Assembly (NCBI GenBank): GCA_048571215.1
Contig: CP182352.1
Span: 1,408,001 to 1,472,000 of the forward strand
Source of the DNA: Halarcobacter sp.
Lineage (GTDB): Bacteria > Campylobacterota > Campylobacteria > Campylobacterales > Arcobacteraceae
Reading direction: 5' to 3'
Length of the DNA: 64,000 bases
A program made the position numbers and the translations under genes. Positions 21,158-31,969 of this stretch are shown here, one piece after another (position 1 is the stretch's first letter; each line of letters opens with the position of its first letter). The notes under the pieces were generated by a model. It ran no database searches. It was given only the letters and a program-made list of their open reading frames with translations, and was not told where the DNA came from.

Positions 21158-21409
21158 TTATCCTTCTATCTTTTTTACATATTCAAACATTTTTGATTTA
21201 GGAGTTGATTTCGTAGTTGGTATTTGTAATACTTCAAATTTTTCAATTCGTTCTAAATATTGTATTTGAATTATATCCCCTACTTTAACCTCTTTGGATT
21301 TTTTTACCACTTGTTCATTTATATAAACTACATTATGGGCTAGCATATCTTCTGCAACCGCTCGTCTTTTTGTAATATTAACTGCATTTAAATATTTATC
21401 TATTCTCAT
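21158..21409 (-). CDS. S4-domain RNA-binding protein (Hsp15/RqcP-like)
   Basis: MRIDKYL...KRRAVA...KEVKVGD. Confidence 0.88.
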   Translation of the reverse strand: MRIDKYLNAVNITKRRAVAEDMLAHNVVYINEQVVKKSKEVKVGDIIQIQYLERIEKFEVLQIPTTKSTPKSKMFEYVKKIEG

Positions 21410-21476
21410 AAACGAGATTATAGCTAAGTTTAGATAAAATACACTTCAAAAAATAATCAATATTTTAGGATAAGTT

Positions 21477-22712
21477 ATGAATAAAAAAGAAGTTAAAAAA
21501 GTTGTACTAGCTTACAGTGGAGGCTTAGATACATCAATTATTTTAAAATGGTTACAAGATGAATATAATGCAGAAGTTATAACATTTACTGCTGATTTAG
21601 GCCAAGGTGAAGAGGTTGAACCAGCAAGACAAAAAGCGCTTGCTTGTGGAATAAAACCAGAAAATATTTTTATTTTAGATATAAAAGAAGAGTTTGTAAA
21701 AGATTATGTTTTCCCAATGTTTAGAGCTAATGCTATATATGAAGGTGAGTATCTATTAGGTACGTCAATTGCAAGACCATTAATCTCTAAAAAACAAATA
21801 GAAATAGCAAATAAAATGGGGGCAGATGCGGTATCACATGGTGCTACAGGTAAAGGGAATGATCAAGTTAGATTTGAACTTGGATATTTATCATTAAATC
21901 CAGATATTACTGTTATTGCTCCTTGGAGAGAATGGGATTTAAACTCAAGAGAAAAACTTTTAGCATATGCTAAAGAAAATGGTATTGAGATCTCTAAAAA
22001 ACATCTTGATGAAGATGGAAATCCAAAAGTAAGTCCATATTCTATGGATGCAAATCTATTACATATTTCATATGAGGGATTACATTTAGAAAATCCAAAT
22101 AATGAGCCAGAAGATTCTATGTGGTTATGGACTACATCTCCTGAAAAAGCTCCAGATGAAGCTGAGTATATTACAATTGGATATAAAAATGGAGATCCAA
22201 TCTCAATAAATGGTGAAGAGATGTCTCCTGCAACTATTTTAAAAACTTTAAATGAGTATGGAAATAAACATGGTATAGGAAGAGTTGATATTGTTGAGAA
22301 TAGATATGTGGGTATGAAAGCTAGAGGTTGTTATGAAACTCCAGGTGGAACTATCATGTTAAAAGCTCATAGAGCAATTGAATCTATTTGCTTAGATAGA
22401 GAAGAAGCTCATTTAAAAGATGAACTTATGCCAAAATATGCAAAACTTATCTATCAGGGATACTGGTTCTCTCCTGAAAGAGAGATGATGCAAGCAGCAA
22501 TAGATGCAACTCAAAAAAATGTTGAAGGTACAGTTAAACTTAAACTTTACAAAGGTAATGTAATGGTTGTGGGTAGAGATTCTAATAAATCTTTATACAA
22601 TGATGCTTACTCAACTTTTGAAGAGGATGAAGTTTATAATCAAAAAGATGCAGAAGGATTTATTAGACTTAATGCACTAAGATTTATAATCGCTGGAAAA
22701 ACAAGAAAATAA
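21477..22712 (+). CDS. argG: argininosuccinate synthase
   Basis: [29 protein letters not shown]. Confidence 0.97.
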   Translation: MNKKEVKKVVLAYSGGLDTSIILKWLQDEYNAEVITFTADLGQGEEVEPARQKALACGIKPENIFILDIKEEFVKDYVFPMFRANAIYEGEYLLGTSIARPLISKKQIEIANKMGADAVSHGATGKGNDQVRFELGYLSLNPDITVIAPWREWDLNSREKLLAYAKENGIEISKKHLDEDGNPKVSPYSMDANLLHISYEGLHLENPNNEPEDSMWLWTTSPEKAPDEAEYITIGYKNGDPISINGEEMSPATILKTLNEYGNKHGIGRVDIVENRYVGMKARGCYETPGGTIMLKAHRAIESICLDREEAHLKDELMPKYAKLIYQGYWFSPEREMMQAAIDATQKNVEGTVKLKLYKGNVMVVGRDSNKSLYNDAYSTFEEDEVYNQKDAEGFIRLNALRFIIAGKTRK

Positions 22713-22758
22713 ACTTAATAAGAAATCTATATTATTTAATTACTTTTTTTATAAGCCT

Positions 22759-22779
22759 AGTGGGTATATAATCCCACTA
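22759..22779 (+). terminator. hairpin downstream of argG
   Basis: TAGTGGG...CCCACTA inverted repeat. Confidence 0.45.
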
Positions 22780-22815
22780 TTGGCACTTACTCAATACCTT
22801 TTTTAAAGGAGACTT

Positions 22816-23940
22816 TTGAACTACTTAGATGATTTAAAAACTATAATAAATATTAATTCCTATACCCACAACAAATATGGTGTAGATGAAGTTGGAAAAT
22901 ATATGTCTTTATGGTTAAATCAATTGGGATTTAAACAAACTGTATTCAAAAGAGAACTAATTGGAGATCATTTATTATTTCAAAGTGAAAAAATGCCAGG
23001 TTCTAAAATACTTTTTTTAGGTCACAATGACACAGTATTTCCAGAAGGATACTTTGAAGGGTTTCATGAAGATGATGAGTGGGTATATGGACCAGGTGTT
23101 TGTGACATGAAAGGTGGTAATATAGTTGCCTTGCAAGCTTTACGAAATATATATAAAAAAAATAAACAAATTTATAATATAGATTTTCTACTTGTATCAG
23201 ATGAAGAAACAGGAAGTGATGACTCTAAAGTTTTAACAGAATCAATAGCTAAAAATTATGATTATTGTTTTGTATTTGAAGCAGCAGGAGAGAACTTAGA
23301 ACTAGTAACAGCTAGAAAAGGTCTTGGAAGATATATAATAAAAGTTGAAGGGAAAGCTGCTCATGCAGGGACCTCATACAACAAAGGGATTAATGCTAAT
23401 TTAGAAGCTGCAATTAAACTTCAAAAATATTCAAACTTAACAGATATAAAAAAAGAAACAATTGTTAATATAGGTACAATCAATGGAGGTATGGGAATAA
23501 ATACTGTTTCTCCACACTGTCAAATGGAGATGGAATTTAGATTTAATTGTTATAAAGAACAAGAAAGAATTGTAAATGAAGTTGAAAGAATCACAAATAC
23601 CTCATATATAAAAGGAACTAAATCTTATGCTCATGGTTTAGTTCAAAGATCTGTTATGGAAGAAACAAAAGAACAATTAGATTTAATATCTTTAATAGAA
23701 TCAATCACAAAAGAGAAAATCTTGATTGAACATCGTGGTGGAGTAAGTGATGCTAATATTGTAGCTTCTTGTGGTACTACTACTTTAGATGGCTTTGGTC
23801 CTTTTGGGGACAATGACCATACTCTAAATGAAAGAGCCTTAAAAAGTTCATTTGAACAAAGAATAGATATGGTAACAAAAATTTTAAACTATTTTCAAAA
23901 AAATATAGAAAAAGGGATTATATATGATTATGAAATTTAA
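22816..23940 (+). CDS. M20 family metallopeptidase (glutamate carboxypeptidase-like)
   Basis: GHNDTVF, GPGVCDMKGG, DEETGS, FE, GKAAHAG, GGVSDAN. Confidence 0.88.
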   Translation: MNYLDDLKTIININSYTHNKYGVDEVGKYMSLWLNQLGFKQTVFKRELIGDHLLFQSEKMPGSKILFLGHNDTVFPEGYFEGFHEDDEWVYGPGVCDMKGGNIVALQALRNIYKKNKQIYNIDFLLVSDEETGSDDSKVLTESIAKNYDYCFVFEAAGENLELVTARKGLGRYIIKVEGKAAHAGTSYNKGINANLEAAIKLQKYSNLTDIKKETIVNIGTINGGMGINTVSPHCQMEMEFRFNCYKEQERIVNEVERITNTSYIKGTKSYAHGLVQRSVMEETKEQLDLISLIESITKEKILIEHRGGVSDANIVASCGTTTLDGFGPFGDNDHTLNERALKSSFEQRIDMVTKILNYFQKNIEKGIIYDYEI

Positions 23941-24424
23941 AGAGTTTTATCCAAAAATCGATTCAAAAGCTTGGATAGCACCAAGTGCTGATCTAATTGG
24001 AGATATACAAATAGGTGAAGACTCTTCTGTTTGGTTTGGCTGTGTATTAAGAGCAGATGTAAATCAAATTAGAATTGGAAAAAGAACCAATATTCAAGAT
24101 TTGTCTATGATTCACACAGATACACATACTAAAACAATTCTTGGAAATAATGTAACTATAGGTCATAAAGTGATGCTTCATGGTTGTGAGGTGCAAGATA
24201 ATTGTCTTATTGGTATGAGTGCAACCATTTTAGATAATGCAGTTATAGGTGAAGGTTCAATAGTTGGTGCAAATTCACTTGTAACACAAGGAAAAAAATT
24301 CCCTCCAAGAAGCTTGATAATGGGAAGTCCAGCAAAGGTAGTAAAAGAGCTAACACAAGATGATGTTGATGGTTTAATTAAGCATGCTGCACATTATGTG
24401 GAGTATAAAAACGAGTATTGTTAA
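23924..24424 (+). CDS. gamma carbonic anhydrase family protein
   Basis: Hexapeptide repeats, LRAD, NIQD...H, GHKVMLHGC. Confidence 0.92.
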   Translation: MIMKFKEFYPKIDSKAWIAPSADLIGDIQIGEDSSVWFGCVLRADVNQIRIGKRTNIQDLSMIHTDTHTKTILGNNVTIGHKVMLHGCEVQDNCLIGMSATILDNAVIGEGSIVGANSLVTQGKKFPPRSLIMGSPAKVVKELTQDDVDGLIKHAAHYVEYKNEYC

Positions 24425-24425
24425 A

Positions 24426-24617
24426 TTATTTTGAGTGTGATTTAACACAAATAAGTTTTATTTCATACTCTCCTGTTCTAAAATTAAGTCTTTTTTCTAT
24501 TTTAAAATCATCTCCATTTTTAATACATTGTTCTTTTTGAGACTCCATAGATTCAGCACAAGCACTAAATAAAATTACTATAAAAAAAGATAAAAATATA
24601 TAGATAATTTTTTTCAT
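24426..24617 (-). CDS. small lipoprotein
   Basis: MKK plus hydrophobic stretch plus lipobox FSAC; GGAG RBS. Confidence 0.75.
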   Translation of the reverse strand: MKKIIYIFLSFFIVILFSACAESMESQKEQCIKNGDDFKIEKRLNFRTGEYEIKLICVKSHSK

Positions 24618-24627
24618 AATAGCTCCT

Positions 24628-25014
24628 TTATAATCTGTTGTCTAATATCTCCATAGAATAATTAACTAATTTTTTTATATCAAAGGGTTTAGGTAAGCAT
24701 TTTGTAACACCAAGTTTTTCTAATTGTGCTATAACTTCTGTATTATATGCAGATGTAACTATTGTTGGCATATTAGGAGATAATTCTTTTATATCTTCTA
24801 ACATTGAGATTCCATCTTTAATTGGCATTACAATATCAGTAATAACCAAGTCGATATTGTCATTTGCAAATTTTTCAAATCCATCATGTCCATTTTTTGC
24901 AACAATAACATTAAAAATATATTTCAAACAACCCTCAACATTTTGTCTAATAATATCTTCATCTTCTACATACAATAATGTAAATTTTTTAGGGGTATTA
25001 GATATATTATTCAT
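24628..25014 (-). CDS. single-domain response regulator
   Basis: LYVEDE, ITDIVMP, PKPFD. Start set at ATG 25014, downstream of AGGAGG (25021-25026). Confidence 0.88.
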   Translation of the reverse strand: MNNISNTPKKFTLLYVEDEDIIRQNVEGCLKYIFNVIVAKNGHDGFEKFANDNIDLVITDIVMPIKDGISMLEDIKELSPNMPTIVTSAYNTEVIAQLEKLGVTKCLPKPFDIKKLVNYSMEILDNRL

Positions 25015-25061
25015 GATAAACCTCCTAGTCATAATTCAATTATAATCTAAAAAGGTATCAC

Positions 25062-25121
25062 AATAGTATTATTTTATATTAAATAGTATTATTTTATATT
25101 AAATAGTATTATTTTATATTA
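25062..25121. repeat. perfect 20-bp tandem repeat x3 (AATAGTATTATTTTATATTA)
   Basis: Copies at 25062-25081, 25082-25101 and 25102-25121. Confidence 0.95.
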
Positions 25122-25852
25122 AGTCGATAGCCAAAACCATAAATATTTTCAATATCAAGTTCTGGGATCTTTTTTCTTAGCCTTGAAACAATGTTTTTTA
25201 AGTTTGAGATTGTTGGAGAACTATTATCATCATCCATCCACAAATAGTTTAAAAGCTCTTCAAGAGTGTGGGTTTTTTCACTATATTTTAGTAGTAGCTC
25301 AAGTAGCATTATCTCTTTTTTTGTAAGTTTAATATTTTCATCATTCAAAAAAATCTGTTTTGTTTGTTTATTCCAATATAAATTTTTATCTATATAAACT
25401 ATATTTTTTTCAACTCCATCATCAGTATCTTTGGCTTTTATATCTTTTAACTTTAAATATATTGTATTTACAAACTTATCATAATCTAAAGGTTTAGTAA
25501 TAAATTGTGATATTCCTAAATTTATTAACTCTAAGAGATAGTGCGATTCACTATGGGCTGACAAGACTATCAACACTTGCTCGTCATTTTGCTTATATAC
25601 AAGTTTTGTAAACTCAATTCCATCAAGTATTGGCATTTGGATATCTGTTATTACAAAATCATAATAGCTATTTGTCTCTTTTTTATAATTAAGATACTTT
25701 TCAAAGCCCTCTTGCCCATTTTTTGCAGTATCAACTTTAGGAAAAATCAATCCAAGAAGTTCAGAAGTTTCTTTTAAAATATTTTCATCATCTTCAACAA
25801 AAAGTACACTTTTATCTTTTGCAAACTCCTCTAATAAAATATAATCAATCAA
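25109..25852 (-). CDS. OmpR-family response regulator
   Basis: LFVEDD, ITDIQMP, LTKKE..LL, VSRLRKK, IYGFGY. Confidence 0.92.
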   Translation of the reverse strand: MIDYILLEEFAKDKSVLFVEDDENILKETSELLGLIFPKVDTAKNGQEGFEKYLNYKKETNSYYDFVITDIQMPILDGIEFTKLVYKQNDEQVLIVLSAHSESHYLLELINLGISQFITKPLDYDKFVNTIYLKLKDIKAKDTDDGVEKNIVYIDKNLYWNKQTKQIFLNDENIKLTKKEIMLLELLLKYSEKTHTLEELLNYLWMDDDNSSPTISNLKNIVSRLRKKIPELDIENIYGFGYRLNIK

Positions 25853-25911
25853 TTTTATCTCCTAACAAGTAATTTTTAATTATACTAAAAATAATATTTT
25901 ATTCTTTTTAG

Positions 25912-26961
25912 TTGGTAAATACAATGGCTAGTAAACTTTTTAGTAATTTTTTTAATAATACAATTGAAGGTATTATAATCATAGAAGATGGTTTTATAGT
26001 TGATTTAAATGAATCTATGTTAAATATATTAAATTATAATTCAAAAGATGATTTGATAGGAAAGCTTGCTACTGGTATTTTAATGCCTACAATTAACCAC
26101 AAGTTTATGCAATACAACAACTCAACTTTTGAAGAGATATCTTTAGTATCAAAAGATGCAAATATAATCCCTGCAATAATAAAAATCAAAGATATACAAG
26201 ATGATGATAAGTTTTATAAAATGGTTTTTGTTTTAGATTTAACAGACTTAAAAGAGAAAGAAACACTACTTTTAGAACAATCAAGAATGGCGGCAATGGG
26301 TGAGATGATATCTATGATAGCCCACCAGTGGAGGCAACCTTTATCCTCTATTGCAGCAGCTATTTCAACACTTAAACTAAGAATCAAAATGAAAAAAATG
26401 CATACAGAGGATTTTGAAGAAAAAGTAACAGATATAGATAAATACCTCTATTATATGTCAAAAACAATAGATGATTTTAGAAATTTTTTTAAAACAAATT
26501 CTGATAAAAAAGAGTTGATAAGTATAAATAGTGTTGTTGATATGTCTTTAGAATTGATAGAAAAAGTTTTCATAAATAATGGCGTAAAGATAATAAACTC
26601 TAAAAATAGACTACAAGCACTACTTATATATAAAAGTGAACTTCTACAAGTTATTTTAAATATCTTAAATAATTCAAAAGATGCTTTTAAAGAAAACAAT
26701 ATCACAAATGCAATTATCAATATAGATTATAAAGAGAATGAAAACTTCCAAGAGTTGATTATATCTGATAATGCTGGAGGAATCCCTACAAATATAATTG
26801 ACCACATATTTGACCCATATTTTTCAACAAAAGATAAGAAAAATGGTACAGGTTTGGGTTTATATATGTGTAAGATTATTATTGAAAAACATTTTGATGG
26901 AACAATAATAGCTTCAAATAGTAAAGAAGGAGCTAGCTTTACTATAAGTATAAAAAAATAA
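25912..26961 (+). CDS. PAS histidine kinase
   Basis: IAHQWRQPL, DNAGG, GTGLGLY. Confidence 0.9.
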   Translation: MVNTMASKLFSNFFNNTIEGIIIIEDGFIVDLNESMLNILNYNSKDDLIGKLATGILMPTINHKFMQYNNSTFEEISLVSKDANIIPAIIKIKDIQDDDKFYKMVFVLDLTDLKEKETLLLEQSRMAAMGEMISMIAHQWRQPLSSIAAAISTLKLRIKMKKMHTEDFEEKVTDIDKYLYYMSKTIDDFRNFFKTNSDKKELISINSVVDMSLELIEKVFINNGVKIINSKNRLQALLIYKSELLQVILNILNNSKDAFKENNITNAIINIDYKENENFQELIISDNAGGIPTNIIDHIFDPYFSTKDKKNGTGLGLYMCKIIIEKHFDGTIIASNSKEGASFTISIKK

Positions 26962-26980
26962 AAAGAGAAAATCTCTTTTT
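26961..26980. terminator. probable bidirectional terminator
   Basis: AAAAGAGA-AA-TCTCTTTT between convergent genes. Confidence 0.6.
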
Positions 26981-27911
26981 ATTTAGGGTAAGCTTCACCT
27001 AGTTTTCTATAAAGTTCTTCAAAACTAACATTTTCCATATCATCTAAGATTCTCACCATAACAACATTATCTTCATCCCCATTCCAAACTTTTATATAAG
27101 TACCCTCTTTATATCCATGATCTTGTCTAAATTTATTTAAACAATTTTTACCAATATATAATTTTTGTAGCCAAGTAAAAGATAAGCCAGATATTTTACA
27201 ACATCTAAAAAATTGGTCAATAAACCTTTCAATTCCACTAAAGGTTGGCATATTTCCAGTTTCAATAGCCAAAGAGATATAAGATAATTTTTCAGCCTCT
27301 TTAACCATAAGTTTAACATCAACATCAACAACAGGTTCATATATACAATGGGTATTTACTAAAGATACAGCTCTTGGTACATTTGTTTCTTGTAATATAT
27401 ATGACATCAAGAAGTGCCAAATATCAACAAGTTCAACATGAATATTATTCATGTCAGGTGCAGAGTTAATATTTTTCCAGTGTTTCCAAGGTGTTGAGTC
27501 AATAAGTTCAGCTACTTCCATATGGATACATCGAAGCCAATTAATATCTTTTTGAAATTTATTTACACCCAATTCCCAATTTTTACCATTTGTAGAATCA
27601 TTTAATTGTTTTTGTAATAAAAACATCTCTTCTAATTTATGGGGAAATGATGATGCCTCTTCTAAAAGTTCTGCTAAAGGAAGACACTCTTCAATCAAAC
27701 TATCTAAGGTTGCATTATTTGGAAGGTCATGCTCCCCTTTTAAAAGATGAATTATTAATGATACTATATAAGGTACTTCATCTTTTTCTTCCCATTCTAA
27801 AATATCAGATGGTGTAACACCAATATATCGTACAAAATCCTCAATACTTAAAAAACCTAATATTCTAATACTATCTTTTAACTCTTTATATAACAAACTA
27901 CTCTCCTGCAT
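26979..27911 (-). CDS. dut: dimeric (all-alpha) dUTPase with N-terminal HTH-like extension
   Basis: Q..LND, EVAELIDS.PWKHWK, ELVDIWHF, Y.GKN.LN.FRQDHGYKEG.Y.K.W...EDN (Campylobacter-type dUTPase). Confidence 0.88.
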   Translation of the reverse strand: MQESSLLYKELKDSIRILGFLSIEDFVRYIGVTPSDILEWEEKDEVPYIVSLIIHLLKGEHDLPNNATLDSLIEECLPLAELLEEASSFPHKLEEMFLLQKQLNDSTNGKNWELGVNKFQKDINWLRCIHMEVAELIDSTPWKHWKNINSAPDMNNIHVELVDIWHFLMSYILQETNVPRAVSLVNTHCIYEPVVDVDVKLMVKEAEKLSYISLAIETGNMPTFSGIERFIDQFFRCCKISGLSFTWLQKLYIGKNCLNKFRQDHGYKEGTYIKVWNGDEDNVVMVRILDDMENVSFEELYRKLGEAYPK

Positions 27912-27981
27912 TACAAAAAATGAAAATACATTTTACATAAAAAATGCTTTACAACAAATCTTTTAATTTAGTTTTAACTAA

Positions 27982-29466
27982 TTAAAGGGGAAGTTCAATA
28001 GTAAAAATAGCTCCAAGCTTAGAGTTACTTACACTTAGTTTTCCTAAACAATGTTTTTCAATAATTGTTTTACACATATAAAGCCCTAAGCCAGTTCCAT
28101 TTTTATCATTTTTTGTTGAAAAATATGGTTCAAAAACCTTTTTTATAAAAGCTTTATCAATTCCACCTGCATTATCTTCAATCTGTAAAATTAGATTATT
28201 TTTTTCTTTATAATATTTTATATTAATAATTTTATCTTTTATATCTCTATGTAATAATACATCTCTAGAATTTTTTAAAATATTTATTAATACTTGAATT
28301 GTTTCATTAACATAAAGTTCAAGTACAATATCCTTTTGCTTTTCTACATTAATTTTAATACCATCAGTTTTAAACATAAAAGCCATAAAATCTAAAGTTC
28401 TATTGATAATCTCTTGAATACTAATTTTATCTTTTATCTTATTTGGCATAAAGAAATCTCTAAAATCATCAATAGTTTTACTCATATAATTAAGTTGCTT
28501 AGCAATATCCCCAATTACTTGATTTAATAACTTTTCAGAAATTTTTCCATCTGTCATCATACTTATAGGAAGTTTTTGACTTAAGATTGAAACAGCTTGT
28601 AAAGGTTGTCTCCATTGGTGGGCTATCATAGATATCATCTCACCCATAGCAGCTGATTTTGATTGTTCTATCAAGATATCTTGCTGCTCTTCTAATTCTT
28701 TTTGTGGTGTGATATCCTGACTTACTGCATGAAAAGACTCTATTATAGAATCTTCATTAAACTGAGGCATCACTCTTATATCTACCCAAAAAGAGCTTCC
28801 ATCTTTCTTTTTATTTTTGATTTCACCATGCCAAATATCACCTTTTGTAATAGTGTTCCAAAGCTCTTTAAATACTTCTTCTTTTGTATCAGGATGATTA
28901 AGGATATTATGATTTTTACCTATCAACTCATCTTTTGTATAACCTGAAATATCACAAAAAGCTTGTGTAACATCAGTTATAATCCCTTTAGTATCAGTTG
29001 TAGAAATAATTATATATTCATGGATAAGGCTTTCTGATTTGTTTAATTTTATTTCAAAATCTTTTATTCTTCTTGAATAAGATTTTAAAACTTTTACAAA
29101 ATTTTTTTCATGTATACATGTGATTTCATCAATCAACTCATATGAGAGTACCTCTTTTTGATTAAAACAATAAATAATTGAGTTTTTAAAAGCAGAAAAA
29201 AATAAAAAAAACTCAGAAGTGCTTATACCTCTATCTTTTAACAAAACTAAAAAATCTTCTAGTACTTCACACTCAATTATATCTTTATTATTTTCTATAC
29301 TTTTTATATATGAATTTAAAATAAGCAAAGCATATTGTTTTAAAAAAACCTTTAAACTAATATCATGCTTTTCAAGTATTTCAGAAACCTCTTTATCTTT
29401 AACCCAATGCCTTAAAATATCAATTTTTTTTTCTTTTAATATATAGCTATATTTGGATAGCATCAT
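27982..29466 (-). CDS. PAS histidine kinase with N-terminal helical domain
   Basis: PAS (GKNHNILNHPD), IAHQWRQPL, DNAGG, GTGLGLY. Confidence 0.9.
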   Translation of the reverse strand: MMLSKYSYILKEKKIDILRHWVKDKEVSEILEKHDISLKVFLKQYALLILNSYIKSIENNKDIIECEVLEDFLVLLKDRGISTSEFFLFFSAFKNSIIYCFNQKEVLSYELIDEITCIHEKNFVKVLKSYSRRIKDFEIKLNKSESLIHEYIIISTTDTKGIITDVTQAFCDISGYTKDELIGKNHNILNHPDTKEEVFKELWNTITKGDIWHGEIKNKKKDGSSFWVDIRVMPQFNEDSIIESFHAVSQDITPQKELEEQQDILIEQSKSAAMGEMISMIAHQWRQPLQAVSILSQKLPISMMTDGKISEKLLNQVIGDIAKQLNYMSKTIDDFRDFFMPNKIKDKISIQEIINRTLDFMAFMFKTDGIKINVEKQKDIVLELYVNETIQVLINILKNSRDVLLHRDIKDKIINIKYYKEKNNLILQIEDNAGGIDKAFIKKVFEPYFSTKNDKNGTGLGLYMCKTIIEKHCLGKLSVSNSKLGAIFTIELPL

Positions 29467-29639
29467 TATTTTTTATTTTTTTGTTGAAAGAAAGTACAAT
29501 CAATTCCACTACTATTTTTTACAACAACAGAGGGTAATTGTTTTGATTTAAATCCATACGCCTTGCAACCATGGGGCTTCATTGGTTGCCAAGTAACAAA
29601 ATAATAAATACATCTTTGACAAACTATTCTTTGTGTCAT
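29466..29639 (-). CDS. 57-aa four-Cys small protein (not in ORF track)
   Basis: Manual translation MTQRIVCQRCIYYFVTWQPMKPHGCKAYGFKSKQLPSVVVKNSSGIDCTFFQQKNKK. Fills the recR-kinase gap with a TAATG overlap. Confidence 0.8.
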   Translation of the reverse strand: MTQRIVCQRCIYYFVTWQPMKPHGCKAYGFKSKQLPSVVVKNSSGIDCTFFQQKNKK

Positions 29640-29654
29640 TAATTCTTTTCCTAC

Positions 29655-30227
29655 TTAAATATTTACTTTACTTTGAATCGCTTTTGCTAAAGATAAAATA
29701 TCAACATTTTCTAAACTAACCCCAGTGGGTACACCTTGTGCAATTTTACTAAAAGTGATATTTTTATCTTTTAATTTATCTTCTATATATAAAATAAAAG
29801 CATCATTTGATAATGAAGGTGTGATTGCAAAAAGAACATCCTTTACAAGATTTTCTTTTGTAAATTCTAATAATCTCTCTATATTTGATGGTTCTAACTC
29901 CTCTATTACAAAATAAACCCCATCAAACTGTCTAGACTCTTCAATAATAAAAATATCTTTTGCACTTTGTACTATACAAACTTTTGTATGATCTTTATTG
30001 TCATCTAAACAAATTTCACATATTTCATGTTCACTCATAGAACCACACTTGATACATTTTTTTATATTTTTTAGTGCATTTTCAATACTATGAGCTATTT
30101 TTATACCTGCATAATTATCATTCATAACTATATGATATGCTAATCTCAATGCTGATTTTTTACCAATAGTTGGTAATGATTCAAATGCATCAACTAAATC
30201 ATAAAATTTTTCTAATCCTTTTTTCAT
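29655..30227 (-). CDS. recR: recombination mediator RecR
   Basis: LPTIGKKSALRLA, C4 zinc finger, IAQGVPTG. Confidence 0.95.
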   Translation of the reverse strand: MKKGLEKFYDLVDAFESLPTIGKKSALRLAYHIVMNDNYAGIKIAHSIENALKNIKKCIKCGSMSEHEICEICLDDNKDHTKVCIVQSAKDIFIIEESRQFDGVYFVIEELEPSNIERLLEFTKENLVKDVLFAITPSLSNDAFILYIEDKLKDKNITFSKIAQGVPTGVSLENVDILSLAKAIQSKVNI

Positions 30228-30297
30228 TGTGGAATTATATCAAATTTTAATGGTAAATTAGATAAAATCGCGAAAAATAATATTTAGGAGCTGTTAA

Positions 30298-31428
30298 TTG
30301 ACTGAAATAGATTATTATGAATTATTAGAGATAAGTAGAGACTGTGACAAGGGTACAATTAAAAAAGCTTATAGAAAAATGGCTATGAAGTATCATCCAG
30401 ATAAAAACCCTGGAGATAATGAAGCTGAAGATAAGTTCAAAGCCGTAAATGAAGCTTATCAAGTACTTAGTGATGATGAAAAAAGAGCTATCTATGATAG
30501 ATATGGAAAAGCAGGACTTGAGGGTCATGGACAAAGAGCTGGTGGATTCTCAGGTGGTTTTGATGACTTAGGTTCAATCTTTGAAGAGATGTTTGGTGGT
30601 TCTGGATTTGGTGGTTTTGGCGGCGGGTCAAGAAGACAAAGAAAAACATATAACTATAACCTAGATATTGCAGTAGAACTTGTAGTTGAATTCAATGAAG
30701 CTGTATTTGGATGTAAAAAAGAGGTATCATATAAGTACAAAGATGCTTGTACTGATTGTAAAGGTACTGGAGCAAAAGATGGGAAACTATCAACTTGTCC
30801 TCACTGTCAAGGACAAGGTCAAGTTCACATGAGACAAGGATTTATGACATTTTCTCAAACTTGTCCACACTGTGGCGGTTCAGGGCAATCTGTTGGTTCA
30901 AAATGTAACTCATGTTCTGGAACTGGGTATAAAGAGGTTAAAGATAAATTTGAGGTTAATGTTCCAGAGGGTGTAAATGATGGAAATAGAATCAGAGTTT
31001 CAAACAAAGGTAATATTGCACCAGATGGAACAAGAGGAGACTTATATCTACAAATTAAAGTAAATGAAGATTCTCATTTTGTTAGACATGAAGATGATAT
31101 ATATCTTGAAGTACCAATTTTCTTTACACAAGTTGCGCTTGGTTCTTCAATTAAAATCCCTAGCCTTAGAGGTGAATTAGAACTTGAAATACCAGCTGGA
31201 ACTAAAGATAAAGAGCAATTTAAGTTTAAAGGTGAAGGTGTTAAGTCTGTACAAGGGTATGGAAAAGGTGATTTAATAGTACAAATAAAAATAAATTATC
31301 CAAAAACTTTAAATGAAGAACAAAAAGAGTTACTTGAAAAACTTCAAGAATCTTTTGGTGTAGAGAGTAAACCACATGAAAAAAGCTTTGAAAGTATGTT
31401 TGACAAAGTTAAAAAGTGGTTTTCATAA
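30298..31428 (+). CDS. dnaJ: chaperone DnaJ
   Basis: HPD J-domain, G/F-rich region, four CxxCxGxG repeats. Confidence 0.97.
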   Translation: MTEIDYYELLEISRDCDKGTIKKAYRKMAMKYHPDKNPGDNEAEDKFKAVNEAYQVLSDDEKRAIYDRYGKAGLEGHGQRAGGFSGGFDDLGSIFEEMFGGSGFGGFGGGSRRQRKTYNYNLDIAVELVVEFNEAVFGCKKEVSYKYKDACTDCKGTGAKDGKLSTCPHCQGQGQVHMRQGFMTFSQTCPHCGGSGQSVGSKCNSCSGTGYKEVKDKFEVNVPEGVNDGNRIRVSNKGNIAPDGTRGDLYLQIKVNEDSHFVRHEDDIYLEVPIFFTQVALGSSIKIPSLRGELELEIPAGTKDKEQFKFKGEGVKSVQGYGKGDLIVQIKINYPKTLNEEQKELLEKLQESFGVESKPHEKSFESMFDKVKKWFS

Positions 31429-31436
31429 TCTAAGTT

Positions 31437-31464
31437 AAAAGCCTACCTTTTTAGGTAGGTTTTA
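31437..31464 (+). terminator. intrinsic terminator after dnaJ
   Basis: GCCTACCT-TTTT-AGGTAGGT followed by a T-run. Confidence 0.75.
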
Positions 31465-31555
31465 CTAATATATCTTAAATCAATTCAATTAAATATTTTT
31501 TTAATACAAATATCAAACTGCTTATTGTATAAATATAATCAAAAAAGGTCTAATT

Positions 31556-31942
31556 TTGTTATATAGTTCACAAAGAATGGTAATGTATCCCCACTTAAAT
31601 GCTGCAGGGATACTTTTTGGTGGTCAGGCTTTATCTTGGGTTGATGAAGAAGCGATTATCTTTGCAGCACAACTTTTAGATACTCAAAGACTTGCAACTG
31701 TTAAAATGAGTGAGGTATGCTTTAAAACCCCAGCAAATATTGGTGATATACTTGGTATTGGTACAGAACTTGTTAAGACAGGACGAACTTCAATCACTGT
31801 AAGATGTGAAATAATAAATAAAACCACAGACAAAATTATTCTTTCAGTTGATGAGATTGTAATTGTTGCTTTAGATTTCAATAAAAAACCTACAAAACAT
31901 ATTTTAGCCGATAGAAATAAGATATTTACTAAATCCACTTAA
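31556..31942 (+). CDS. hotdog-fold acyl-CoA thioesterase
   Basis: HLNAAGILFGG..LSWVDE, GRTSI. Confidence 0.88.
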   Translation: MLYSSQRMVMYPHLNAAGILFGGQALSWVDEEAIIFAAQLLDTQRLATVKMSEVCFKTPANIGDILGIGTELVKTGRTSITVRCEIINKTTDKIILSVDEIVIVALDFNKKPTKHILADRNKIFTKST

Positions 31943-31969
31943 GAAAAACTCTTAAGTAGATTTATTTGC

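Noticed and set aside
25062..25121. CRISPR array
   Set aside because: The repeats are directly adjacent with no spacers, and no cas genes are in the window.
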